From assembly GCA_000091205.1 (NCBI GenBank), contig AP006493.2: a stretch of 64,000 nt of DNA; one strand, given 5' to 3'. The notes beneath the pieces are model-generated. The model made no database searches. It was not told where the DNA came from and was given only the letters and a program-made list of their open reading frames with translations. Positions 1 to 10,346 of this stretch are shown piece after piece. The translations under genes were made by a program, and so were the position numbers. Within the stretch, counting starts at the first letter, position 1. Every line of letters starts with the position of its first letter. This stretch comes from Cyanidioschyzon merolae (lineage: Eukaryota).

Positions 1-746
1 CAGCATCCATGGCGATGCGGACCTGTTGCTGGTACCCAGCCGCTTCGATTGCCTGGCCCAACAACTTGAAGGCCTCGTGGGCGTCCTGGATATGCGGCGC
101 AAAACCGCCCTCATCGCCCACTGCCGTCGAGTCGATGCCATAGTGCTTCTTGATGATGGATTTGAGGTTCTGGTACACTTCTGAGCCCATGCGCATGGCC
201 TCTGCAAAGGAGTGCGCCCCCACGGGCATGATCATAAACTCTTGCATCGCGAGTCGGTTGCCAGCGTGCTCGCCGCCGTTGATTACGTTAAAGCTGGGCA
301 CAGGTAGTAGCATCGGCGGCTTCCCCGCCAGCTCATTAATATGTTTATACAGCGGTAACTGCTTCGCTGCAGCACCCGCGCGACTGACTGCCATCGAGAC
401 GCCCAGAATGGCGTTCGCTCCAAGCCGGCGTTTGAAGCCGCCCGGTGTCCCGTCGAGTGCGATCATGCGCTCGTCGATAGCTCGTTGTTCCGTGGGATCC
501 ATACCCTTCAACGCTTTTGCTATTTCTCCGTTCACATTAGCGATCGCTTTCGTTACGCCCTTCCCAAGGAAGCGAGACGGGTCACCGTCGCGAAGCTCGA
601 GCGCCTCGTGTTTGCCAGTGGAGGCCCCGGACGGCACAGCTGCTCGGAAAAGGCCGAGCTCTGTAGTGACGTCCACTTCGATTGTGGGATTGCCACGTGA
701 GTCAAAGATCTCTCGAGCACGCACAGACTGAATAGAAGAAGGCATT
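1..746 (-). CDS. ENO: Enolase (phosphopyruvate hydratase), 5' part; the gene continues off the left edge of the window. The ORF track does not list it because no stop codon falls inside the window.
   Basis: The reverse-strand translation starting at the ATG whose complement sits at 744-746 reads [26 protein letters not shown]...[15 protein letters not shown]...[12 protein letters not shown]...[24 protein letters not shown]...VGDEGGFAP, which are hallmark enolase motifs. The + strand ORF 150..731 is its antisense shadow. Confidence 0.9.
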
Positions 747-1133
747 TTAATCAGAGCACGTCAGGGTTTCCAGCGGTATACCAATGTACTTTGGAGAATG
801 GAAACTATACAGCGCATTGCGATCAGTTGCTGCCAGCATTCGATGGCTAGCGCGGCGTCGCAGCGCACGACGGCGATGGGCATCCAGAGGCGCAGCGCAC
901 TGCGCATCGATACCATCGACGGCAGTTGCGCGTATGCAGCTTGTGGTGCTTACGAAGCACGGCAAGCGATACGTTGTTTTCATAGCATGCGATGGATGGA
1001 TATCGCGAGATATCCTAAGGGGTTTGCGTGCTGCTCGTGACCAGAGAAAGACGCCTGCTTTTTCGTATGAGCTTCGATGCATCGCTGACTCCGGATAAGT
1101 TTTCCCTTCTGGGAATAGGTGCGTAACGGATAG

Positions 1134-1160
1134 ATGTATGTATGTATGTATGTATGTATG
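1134..1160. repeat. (GTAT)n tetranucleotide microsatellite, about 6.5 units
   Basis: The sequence tgtatgtatgtatgtatgtatgtatg is read directly; it lies between enolase and TAF10. Confidence 0.9.
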
Positions 1161-2173
1161 GACGGATGGATCCACTCGGCTGGCGACTGCTGAGCCTCGC
1201 TAGCCGGTTACGCTCGGCATGGCGTCGCTATTGAATGCGCTAGCTGCGGACGCTGTTGCGATCCCGAGCGTGCGGAGCTGCAGCGCCAGCGAGGCGCACA
1301 GTGCCGGCTCCGCAGATCGACGGGATTGCATCGGAAGCGACGCAGCATTCGTTTGCAGAAGCGCATGCGGTAGCTGTGAGTACGAGCAATGACCGCAAGA
1401 AGCAGCCAATCATGAGTGATGCCGAAGCTTCAGGCACATAGACGGCGTCGATGTCGTGGAGTCGAGCTGCGGATGCACACAGCAGCGAGTGCGTTGCCAG
1501 CATCGCACGCGTGCCATGTGTGCGTTGCGAGGGATCTGGGCACCACCGGGTCGCGAATGCGCAGGAGCAGCAACCGTGTCGCTCGCTCCGCTCCAGCGTC
1601 CTTGCGCACCTGCATCCGTGCAGCTTCATCGGTCAACCATATCGATCTAGTACGGTATCTCTCTGACCACCACCTGAAATGAACGGTGCCTGTCCAGTTG
1701 CGCTGCGCGTCAGGCGCATGCAAAGCCAGTGCATCTCGCGAAAACCTTGCATCCTCAAGCACTCAATGCCAACGCCGTGACACAGGCACGCAGGTGTCCC
1801 CAACTGCGCTGTGGATGCGCTCAGATGCCTCGGGCCGGAACGCATGGCCTCGACATGCACCGCACGCGCGGCACGCGTGAACACACGGCATGCGGGTGGA
1901 TGCGTCGCTGGGTGCCAAATGTCGCATTTTGCTTGCATGGAGGTATGAACAAATTGATCCCTAAGTGTATATAAAGTACCCTGATCGCTGCCGATCCTTG
2001 GAGCCGCTCGGACCTGCAGGGGCAAATCATCCCTAAATGTCCGAACAAGGATTCATCAAACCAGCGTGTTGCTGCCGTCCACGACAGACGCTCCAAATTC
2101 TTTCGTGCGCTTTCGCCTGTGGAATCCCTGTAACCTGACGCTGAAGGGTTCATCCAGCCTGCCGTTCAGGTTC

Positions 2174-2611
2174 ATGACAGACGCTGGCAGGTGTATCGAC
2201 AATGATGACCTGGGTGACTTTATAGCGTCGCTGGAAGACTATCAAACAGCGATCCCGGACCCGCTCGTCCAACACTTTCTCAACAAAGCCGGGTTCCAAA
2301 CGGACGATCCTCGCGTCATTCGACTGGTAGCGCTGGCTGCGCAAAAGTTCGTAGCAGATGTTGCACACGAGGCACTGACACAGCGCCGTATTCACCGCGA
2401 GTCGCAACACAAGGGCTCGAGCTCCACAGAGGATGACAAAGTTGTGCTCACCAAAGAGGACCTCAAGTGGGCGTTGCAGGAGTTTGGTATTCGACTGGCA
2501 CGAACAGAGTACTTTGCGGATAATGTGAGCACCACCACTACCACCACTGCCACTGCTAGTGGTACTGGCGGTGGCGGCACTGCTGCTGGCGGTGGTGCCA
2601 GTGGCAGCTGA
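2174..2611 (+). CDS. TAF10: TFIID subunit TAF10-like histone-fold protein. The start is placed at the internal Met; the open frame begins at 2066.
   Basis: DDLGDFIASLEDYQTAIPDPLVQHFLNKAGFQTDDPRVIRLVALAAQKFVADVAHEALTQ matches the conserved TAF10 histone-fold core (IPD...GF...D.R..RL..LA.QKF). The C-terminal tail is low-complexity poly-Thr/Gly encoded by an ACC/ACT/GGN repeat. Confidence 0.7.
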   Translation: MTDAGRCIDNDDLGDFIASLEDYQTAIPDPLVQHFLNKAGFQTDDPRVIRLVALAAQKFVADVAHEALTQRRIHRESQHKGSSSTEDDKVVLTKEDLKWALQEFGIRLARTEYFADNVSTTTTTTATASGTGGGGTAAGGGASGS

Positions 2612-2646
2612 GTCCAGCACACGTGTCGGTTGGTATGGTCGCGGAT

Positions 2647-5600
2647 TCAGTTGAGACGGGTCACCGGCACCAGTCCATGCAGTACATCCTGAATAAGCGT
2701 GATAAGACGCGCTACAAACGGACTGGTTCGCATGGTTTGAGCGGAACCCACGAAGACGAGCTTGCAGCGAGCGCGTGTCATGGCAACGTTCAGACGTCGC
2801 CAGTCGCGCAACACCTGACCAATACGTGCATTCGAGTTGCTGCGCACAAGCGAAACAAGGAGCACATCCTTATCCCGCCCTTGGAACTGATCTATGGTGC
2901 GGCACTCGGGCAGCGTGCCGGCATTGCGGATTCGCTGACCTTGGTGAAACTGATTCTGAATTAGACTAACCTGAGCGCGCAGCGGCGACGTAATGCCAAT
3001 ATGCTGCCGCTCGATGCCCATGTCATCCAGCGCCTCTACGATACGAACGATGATACTGGCTTCGAAATAGTTGCAAATGCTCTCCTGGCCGCAGCGAAAC
3101 TCGCGGGCCCGGTCCTGTGCGGCGTCCGTATTCAGGAAGAGTACCCGCTTTCGAGGATCCAGCACGTGCACCAACCAGTCCGGCGTCGGCGAGACATAGC
3201 GCAAGCCCTGTTGCCGATTGGTCAGGTGTTGCTCGGCGGTTGCTTGATCACCACACACCAAGCTACCATTGTAGACGAGAGCATTGCTCAAGAGCATGAT
3301 ATCAGCAGCCATGCGGTACTGCCGATGGAGTACGACCACTGCTTCTGGATGCGCTGCACACAAACGAGTAAAGAGCGACTCGTCTGCACCCTGGGCTTGC
3401 GCGAGCGGATCACGTGCCAAGGGCGGCAGTTGTTTGTCATCACCAACGAGCACAAAAGCTTTCTGAGCGAAACGGAGCGGCCCCAGAACGACAGGCTGTG
3501 CGATTTGTGAAGCCTCGTCCACGATCACGTAATCGAACTTGCGCCGGCGATAGAAGACCGGATGACTTGCACCCAAGCAGGTTGTAGCGACAATGGCTGC
3601 CTCTTCGAACCGGGCGCTGAAAGCGTCCAAAGACGGTAACAGCGGACTAGGCGCGGGCTCTGCGGACGTATCCGGCATCTGCTCTGTGCATAGCATATAT
3701 GGCCAGAGCTGTGGATCGACATGGGTGCGATTCCCGAGTCGCACGAACTTGTGGACATTGTGCTCGACAAGTCGACGGAGCACATTGTCTACAGCAGAGT
3801 GCGTGTGACTTGCCAGCAGAACGCTGCACCCTGCATCGACAAGCAGCGCAACGAGGCATGCCACCGTGGCGGTCTTACCGGTCCCGGGCATTCCCAGAAG
3901 GAGCACGTAATCCTGAGACCGCAAAACGCGCTCGATCGCTCTTTTTTGGTCTTCATTCAAGTCTGCGGCAAAGCGCTCCATGTGCAACAAAGCAGATGAT
4001 GACGGACACTGCGAATGTTCCGCACCAGGGGACAATGTAAAACGCGGTGCCTCAAGATCGATCACGAGACGTCGGAGTCGCTCCGCTTCGGGATAGAGGA
4101 GCGCCTCGAGGTTTCCGTACATGGTGCTGAAGCCCGCCGACAACTCCTCTCGATCTACACGCCAACGAACGGTGCTTGCTGGTATACATTCGACCAGGGG
4201 ATGACGCTGGAGCCACTTAGAGCAGTCTCGCTCGAGATCGATCTCGATTTCGCCAGTTAATGGTTGCACTTGCGCTACAAAACCACCAGCTATGGCGGTC
4301 TCCTGGCGAAGTGGGTCCCAGACGTCCGCCGAGGGCGCCGCGGAAACGTCACCGCCGTCGGGCAGGGCACGCGGTGGTCGCCTCCAGTACAACGAGACAA
4401 GCACATAATCGCCGGTGAGCAGATCCCATCGAGCGCCTTGCATCGCCTCGAGGTGGAGGTCGTCAGACTCGGGGCACTGGCGCCACGCGGGCGATGCAGT
4501 CGAACCGCCGCACTTGTCCGATGCGCTTTCCACGACGATACGGAAACGATGCCGATAACAGTCTACAAAGCGCCCAGTGCCTAGACCGTTGGTTTTTTCG
4601 ACCTGGACCAACTCGAGCTCGCCAACACAGCGTCCAAGTTGCGATCGTTCTGTCGGCGACAAGAGCCACACTTCCTCACGGTTGGCGACGGCGGCCTCTT
4701 CTTCGAGCCGCGTGATGGCGAGCCAGTGTCGATAGTAGGCAACATGCTGGTTGGAGAGTCCATCGGCCATTTCCCGGAAGACTGCTGGAATCGCACTCGA
4801 ATGTGCTTCTCCAGAATCGATCACTCGGTGGTAGAGCGCGCAAGCATCGCGAACATAACAGAACGAACAGAGATTCTCTTGATGCTGCAGAGGAGGCGGC
4901 AGATGCAGCCAACTGCGTCCAACCGCGTCCAGTGGGTCCTCCTGCTCTGCAGCACTCGCAGAAGCTCTTCGGAATCTCAAATAATGAGCGAGTTTGTTTC
5001 TCGTCATGAGGATACCTATAAGCTCCGCTCGTACCATGGGTATCAAATGAAGAGACATGGTAAGTTGGCCATGCTCCCGATGCGCGAGTCGACTGCCAGC
5101 TCCGCAGTTGGATCCTGTTTGGTTGTTTTGCAGGTACAGCAGTATCGTCGCCTGCACAGAGGTTCCGTAACGCTCACTCAACAATAGCGCATATAGAATG
5201 AGTTGAGCTCTGTGAGCGATTCCACTGAAACCCTCCTGGCGTCCGGTTTTCAATTCCAGGCAGGTAATCGGCAGCGTCTGACCCGAGCGATCACGATCCA
5301 GCAACTCAGCAGCGACGGTGACGTCGATGCTGCCCTTGAGGCCGAAAATGGGACTCCAGATGCTCTCTTCGATGTCATAGAGCTTCTGAATGCGCATACT
5401 GTCGACGCCGCTCAAGTTGCATTGTCCTCTGACCTGGAGATGCACCCCGTGCTGCTCGCAGCAAAGGTGCTGTACATGGAGCGCGAGATCGGGCACGCTT
5501 TCGCGCAGATAGGAGAGCAGCTCGTCTTCGGACTCACCGAGTGCGTACAGTTCCGCATAGTAGCGACGAACTAACTGACACAAGTCTTCTTCGGACACTG

Positions 5601-7329
5601 TTGGCTTCGTCTCAGCGGAATGAATGCAGCACCAGAGGAGCTGCTGAAAAAGCTGATGGAGCAACGTTCCCCGCAGCGCTGCGCGAGTTGTTCGTGGCTG
5701 ATGGATGCTGTAACGATTACGTTCGCCCAGGACGACCCTACGGAGGCACGAGAAGGCGTTCGCTACACTCGTTCCGCTCACAAGAACGTCTGGGTGGAGA
5801 ATGCAAAGATTCTCCTCGGCGCTCACGATGAACGGATGCCCTGGAACATCGTTTTGAGCAGCCGCTCCCGAACAGCGTGCTTGAAATGGAGCGTACTCGC
5901 CAGCTGCGGTACAGCGCACGAGCCGAATCGTATCGCCTTGTTGAACATTCAGTTCGGACCATGAATCCTGCAGGACGACAATAAAGGACGCTGAGGGATG
6001 CGTTCTTGGTTCGGGATCCGAAACTGACGTGCCAAAGTGATCGCCCGCCCCGCAGGGTCGCACCAAAAGCGTCTGACTCGGTTTGCCATTAGCAGCACAG
6101 CTACGATCCACCGAGACGACCGTCAATCGCGGACTTGCTGCTTCCCGTGGACCAACCTTGCTGCGTAGCTGCCCCGTGCTCTCTGTAGAGCGCTCAGTAT
6201 ATAACTGGAAAAGATCCAGCATCGCCTCATCCTCTACTTCTAGATTATATGCATGCGCAGCATCCAGCGTATCTATACAAGTCAAACGGGTTTCCGTCGG
6301 AGCGTTCACTCCAGGTTGATTGCCTTCGAGCAGCACCGTCACCGCTCGAGATGCGCGTTGTACAAGACGGCGCCGCACTTCCGTAAAGGGCGTTTTCGGC
6401 GATATTGTTGTTGCCACTGGTGTGTTTTCCAGACCCGAAGAACGACGCCGAGAACGTAGTCGACGCCAAATCTCGAACGTCTGACTGTCCGGGGAGAAGC
6501 CCTCAGCCGAGACCGGCGTACCGTCAGCGTTAGTGCCACGGCCTTGTCCCGAGACTTCGGGACATTCGGAGCTCGCACGCCGTCTGAGATTCTCATGTGG
6601 TGTCTTTTCGGTCTCCAGAGTTGTACGGGTCAGCGTGCGGGAACCAACGCCGGGAGACACGCGGCAAACACGTCGGGAGGCGCTGTTCCAGACGATGCAC
6701 TGGCTTGCTTGTTCAACGGATGCACCATCGTCCACTTCGTCCTGAGGATCCTGCTCGATCGGCAGCAAACTTCTCACGCGAGTGGCTGCCGGCGTCTTCA
6801 GTGGAAGCGCTTCCGGGTCTCCCGTGCAGCTTCCCTGAGTTGCAACGTCCGGCTGCTTGTTCAGGAGACCCTGTTCTTCACGCCCATCGTTGATGGCGTA
6901 TTCTTGCATAAACAATTTGCCTGGATACTTTGTCGCTTGAGTTTCAGGATCTTTTGGTTTGCACGATGTGGAGTCGTCGATCTCCGCCGTTCGTGAATAG
7001 CAGTGATTCCGAGGTTCACCGCAAGCGATCACTGCATCTTCCCGGGCGTTTCGCTCAGATGCTTTCTCAACAGTCTCACGGAGTTGCACTGTCCGTGACG
7101 TATCCGATCGTGGATCTGTGGAAAACTTTCGAGGGAACTCAATCCGTGTAGCGCTTGGGCGAGATGCAGCGCCCGCCTCTTCGATGCTGTGTCTTCTGCC
7201 GCCTACTGCGACTTTCTGGTGATCTCGTTGTAAACTGCGTCCGACTTGATAATCAACGGTACCGCTTGTATGATCAATGGATTCGGGTTCACGGGAACGT
7301 TTCCGTTGCCGCTGAATAAAGCGCTCCAT
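2647..7329 (-). CDS. DNA2: DNA replication ATP-dependent helicase/nuclease DNA2
   Basis: The 1560-aa ORF has a Cys-containing PD-(D/E)xK nuclease region (CCEQHGVHLQVRGQCNLSGVDS...). The C-terminal SF1 helicase shows Walker A LLGMPGTGKT, motif II YVIVDEASQ, and LNVAMTRARCKLVFVGS. Confidence 0.9.
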   Translation of the reverse strand: MERFIQRQRKRSREPESIDHTSGTVDYQVGRSLQRDHQKVAVGGRRHSIEEAGAASRPSATRIEFPRKFSTDPRSDTSRTVQLRETVEKASERNAREDAVIACGEPRNHCYSRTAEIDDSTSCKPKDPETQATKYPGKLFMQEYAINDGREEQGLLNKQPDVATQGSCTGDPEALPLKTPAATRVRSLLPIEQDPQDEVDDGASVEQASQCIVWNSASRRVCRVSPGVGSRTLTRTTLETEKTPHENLRRRASSECPEVSGQGRGTNADGTPVSAEGFSPDSQTFEIWRRLRSRRRSSGLENTPVATTISPKTPFTEVRRRLVQRASRAVTVLLEGNQPGVNAPTETRLTCIDTLDAAHAYNLEVEDEAMLDLFQLYTERSTESTGQLRSKVGPREAASPRLTVVSVDRSCAANGKPSQTLLVRPCGAGDHFGTSVSDPEPRTHPSASFIVVLQDSWSELNVQQGDTIRLVRCTAAGEYAPFQARCSGAAAQNDVPGHPFIVSAEENLCILHPDVLVSGTSVANAFSCLRRVVLGERNRYSIHQPRTTRAALRGTLLHQLFQQLLWCCIHSAETKPTVSEEDLCQLVRRYYAELYALGESEDELLSYLRESVPDLALHVQHLCCEQHGVHLQVRGQCNLSGVDSMRIQKLYDIEESIWSPIFGLKGSIDVTVAAELLDRDRSGQTLPITCLELKTGRQEGFSGIAHRAQLILYALLLSERYGTSVQATILLYLQNNQTGSNCGAGSRLAHREHGQLTMSLHLIPMVRAELIGILMTRNKLAHYLRFRRASASAAEQEDPLDAVGRSWLHLPPPLQHQENLCSFCYVRDACALYHRVIDSGEAHSSAIPAVFREMADGLSNQHVAYYRHWLAITRLEEEAAVANREEVWLLSPTERSQLGRCVGELELVQVEKTNGLGTGRFVDCYRHRFRIVVESASDKCGGSTASPAWRQCPESDDLHLEAMQGARWDLLTGDYVLVSLYWRRPPRALPDGGDVSAAPSADVWDPLRQETAIAGGFVAQVQPLTGEIEIDLERDCSKWLQRHPLVECIPASTVRWRVDREELSAGFSTMYGNLEALLYPEAERLRRLVIDLEAPRFTLSPGAEHSQCPSSSALLHMERFAADLNEDQKRAIERVLRSQDYVLLLGMPGTGKTATVACLVALLVDAGCSVLLASHTHSAVDNVLRRLVEHNVHKFVRLGNRTHVDPQLWPYMLCTEQMPDTSAEPAPSPLLPSLDAFSARFEEAAIVATTCLGASHPVFYRRRKFDYVIVDEASQIAQPVVLGPLRFAQKAFVLVGDDKQLPPLARDPLAQAQGADESLFTRLCAAHPEAVVVLHRQYRMAADIMLLSNALVYNGSLVCGDQATAEQHLTNRQQGLRYVSPTPDWLVHVLDPRKRVLFLNTDAAQDRAREFRCGQESICNYFEASIIVRIVEALDDMGIERQHIGITSPLRAQVSLIQNQFHQGQRIRNAGTLPECRTIDQFQGRDKDVLLVSLVRSNSNARIGQVLRDWRRLNVAMTRARCKLVFVGSAQTMRTSPFVARLITLIQDVLHGLVPVTRLN

Positions 7330-8339
7330 AGGCAGGCAGCGGTCTGAAGTGCCCGCTGCGAGGCGGGAACGACAGCTTCCCGCACATTGCCTCGTAGACG
7401 GGCAAGCATCGGCTGCATTCGCGTGGGCGATTCAAATCACCATATGCGAAAATGATGCAATTTCTAGTACAAGATTGCCTTTTCCTTCGGTGAGCGTTCG
7501 CTGCAGCTGCTGTACACAAAAATCACGTAGCCTGTCAGGAGTGCGGGTTACGCTTTTGCTGTACCATCGATGCACCTAGACGGACGCTCTTGGATGGACG
7601 AATACTGAGGGTATTGAAGCTGGAACTGAGACGCTTTTGATGATCTGCACATGTTCCACTATCTCGAGCGCAGACACCGCCCAAACAACATCGATGTATC
7701 AAAGCGAGAGGCGCTCATGTGGCTGATCAATCCTTTCTCCGATACCTCCTGAGCATTTTCCTGAGATGCAAGAACGATGTACTGGAGCGGGCTCAATGGG
7801 TGTCAACCAGCTGCACAACAGAAGCGAGAAGAGCAACGTTATCCTGGGTGCTTCAACGGACCACGAGCAAGGTACCGGAGTCGCTTCGGGCTAACGCGGG
7901 ATGTTCGGGCGACGGAGGCAAGGAGGTCCCTCGATCGTATCATTGACCGAAATGAATAGAGGTGCGCAGGCCGTGACAGAATATGATGCGGGATTTCTGA
8001 GCAGTCATCCGCCCGTTCCGAAACAACTCGGCGGGATGTGGCAGGGATCCTGGAACCGGCCTCGAACTCGGGCTCGTTTTTACCTCCTACTTCGGTTTCC
8101 ACCTCAACTTTGGAAACATTCTCGGTCGAAGTTTCGCACGACATCTAGAAGGATGTTCGCGGTTGCATTTGGAACAAGCGACTTACCCTCCTATATGTTT
8201 AGGGAGCGGATACGAAGCTGTTGAAAGAGTGGTTCGTGGATTACATACCCAGGTGTTGGGGGTAGCTTCACGCGTCCAACAGCGTAACCGTCGCTTTCGA
8301 ATCGATATCAACTGTTCTACTGCTGATACTAGTGGATGG

Positions 8340-9940
8340 TGCGCGTGAGTCGACGAAGCATCTCTGGAGTACCGCAGCGCTATTCTTATTCCCTTACGCG
8401 CTACGACTCGATAGGTTTCGCATCATGGAATATTTGCGGGATAGCCGCGGTGTTGAACGACGAGATATCGAATTACCAGTACAGTAATGAAGAACTGATA
8501 CAAGTCGAGGACGCTACATTAGCGAAAGAGACCCAACCAGATACGGAGAAGGAGGCACAGAAGCCTCATGATTCACCTAGAAGCAAAATAATCAGAGAAA
8601 GTAGCTCATGAAACAGCCCGAAGAAGAAGACCAGCAAGAAAAAACAGAAGAATAGAAAGAAGAACTCGCAATCGAGCTCATCACGAGTGATCCCCCGAAG
8701 GAGCACCCAAGCGGGAACTCAAGAAAGCTGTCACCAAACTCAGTTACCTACTCACAGCGCTGTAGATCCGACAAGCCGTGCATCCAAGTCTTTAGACCAT
8801 TTCGGACGCGTGTTTGTGGATGGGAATCAGAAGATTGGTAGAGAACTGGGACTGCTTGCACCAGAACGCAACAGTAGCAAACCGCAGTACCCGAAACGAC
8901 GTAAAAAAGCACAGATTGATGAATGCCATCAATTCGACAACGTCGTCACCCGCACCGCCATGCGATCCAAAGCCGGAGACAAGAAAGCAAGTGCAGCCCT
9001 ACCGGCGCTAACGGCGCAACATGAAGAAGCTATCAAAAGAAGCAAGAATCCCTGTAGGGAAGACAAACGAACGGATACAAGCCGCAGAGACGCATATCTG
9101 GCCAAATCTGTGCTAGAGAGCACCAACCAAGATGAGACCTGGCGCTACGTCCGAACAAGACCTCATCCACCAAATCAGTGCGTGTCCATCACACCAATCT
9201 ACCATAAAGGAGAGCTGAAGATAGAAAGTCCCTCAGTGAATGGGGCCTGGACGGACCATTACACAGAGCTGTGTGCGGACCTCTCTTGATACTGTCAAGA
9301 CCCAAACTAAGACAACTTGACTCGCTAGAGAGAAAGGACGACCCAATCTTTTGGCCCGAAATATGTGAGATTGTACGAAGCTCAAGCAACCACAAAACAC
9401 CTGGCATTGACGGTATCCCTGCGCAGTGGATCAAACTGGTGATCCCAAAAGACGGGACAACAGGGACACCATCGATACCAGATGAACCTGACACAGTCTT
9501 AGGCAAACACTTTCTGGAGTGCATCCAACGCATCTTCGAAGAAGCGTACATCCCAGAGGTACGGAACGCTGCCGAGGTCGTAACCATCATGAAACTGGAT
9601 CCTCAAACATACATGAACAACTACCGGCCTATTAGCCTCATCCCGTCAATCATGAAGCTACTTTGCGCTATCCTCACGAACCGGATCCAGAGGGACCTCC
9701 AGGAGCGCAAGTTCTTCGCCCCAGAACAGGCTGGATTTCTATGCTGCGAACCGGATGAGCGCACGGGTCCAGCGCTTCGTCCATCTACCCACTGGTGGAT
9801 ACCGAGCAAAAGCCCGCGTCGCGAACCGACAACGCATGACATACACCATCACGAAGGAGAGGGGCGGCCCCCAGGATTCATCCTGACTCCCAATATTCCC
9901 CAGCGCGTCGTGCGTCAAGGGCAAGTCGGCATACGCTGAC
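8340..9940 (+). mobile_element. Degenerate non-LTR retrotransposon (LINE) remnant: an APE-type endonuclease N-terminus plus a reverse-transcriptase N-terminal fragment, frameshifted and truncated
   Basis: ORF 8336..8611 contains FASWNICGI, an AP-endonuclease N-terminal motif typical of LINE EN. ORF 9271..9939 contains KTPGIDGIPAQWIKLV...NNYRPISLIPSIMKLLCAILTNRIQRDLQERKFFAPEQAGF, which is LINE RT domains 0/1. After that motif the frame breaks and there are no downstream RT motifs or poly-A tail. Confidence 0.6.
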
Positions 9941-10346
9941 TCGCTACCCACAAAGCGACGACGACACCGGACTCTACATTGCGTGAACATCGCCTCGAGC
10001 CGACGCCCTTTGTGATATAGCAAAGCCGTTCTGTCTCGGTGCTACATTCGCACCGGCGCTACGTGCGCTATCTCTGACGCTCGATAGAACATACGAAACG
10101 ACTAGTACATACGAGAAGAAGTACGCGGTATGGGACTCGGGCGTGGAACGATAGATGCTTCACCGAGCGCTGGTATCAAGCGCCTAGTCTCTGGGAACGC
10201 ATGCCTGCGCGAAAGCGTTTCGCCAAATTAAAAATCGGATTCCAGCACCTGAGCGGGTCCCGAGATGGAGGCTGCGCTGCAGCTCGAGTTTCTTGTCGCT
10301 TTTTGAGTAACGGAAACGAGTTTCACTTTTTTGACGTAGATGAGAA

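Noticed and set aside
150-731. A 193-aa + strand ORF ([16 protein letters not shown]...)
   Set aside because: It lies entirely antisense to the enolase coding sequence. Its translation is low-complexity and has no motif, so it is a shadow ORF of the GC-rich codon bias.
3001-3510. Multiple 60-180-aa + strand ORFs inside 2647-7329
   Set aside because: They are antisense to the well-supported DNA2 gene. They are typical spurious ORFs in GC-rich coding DNA.
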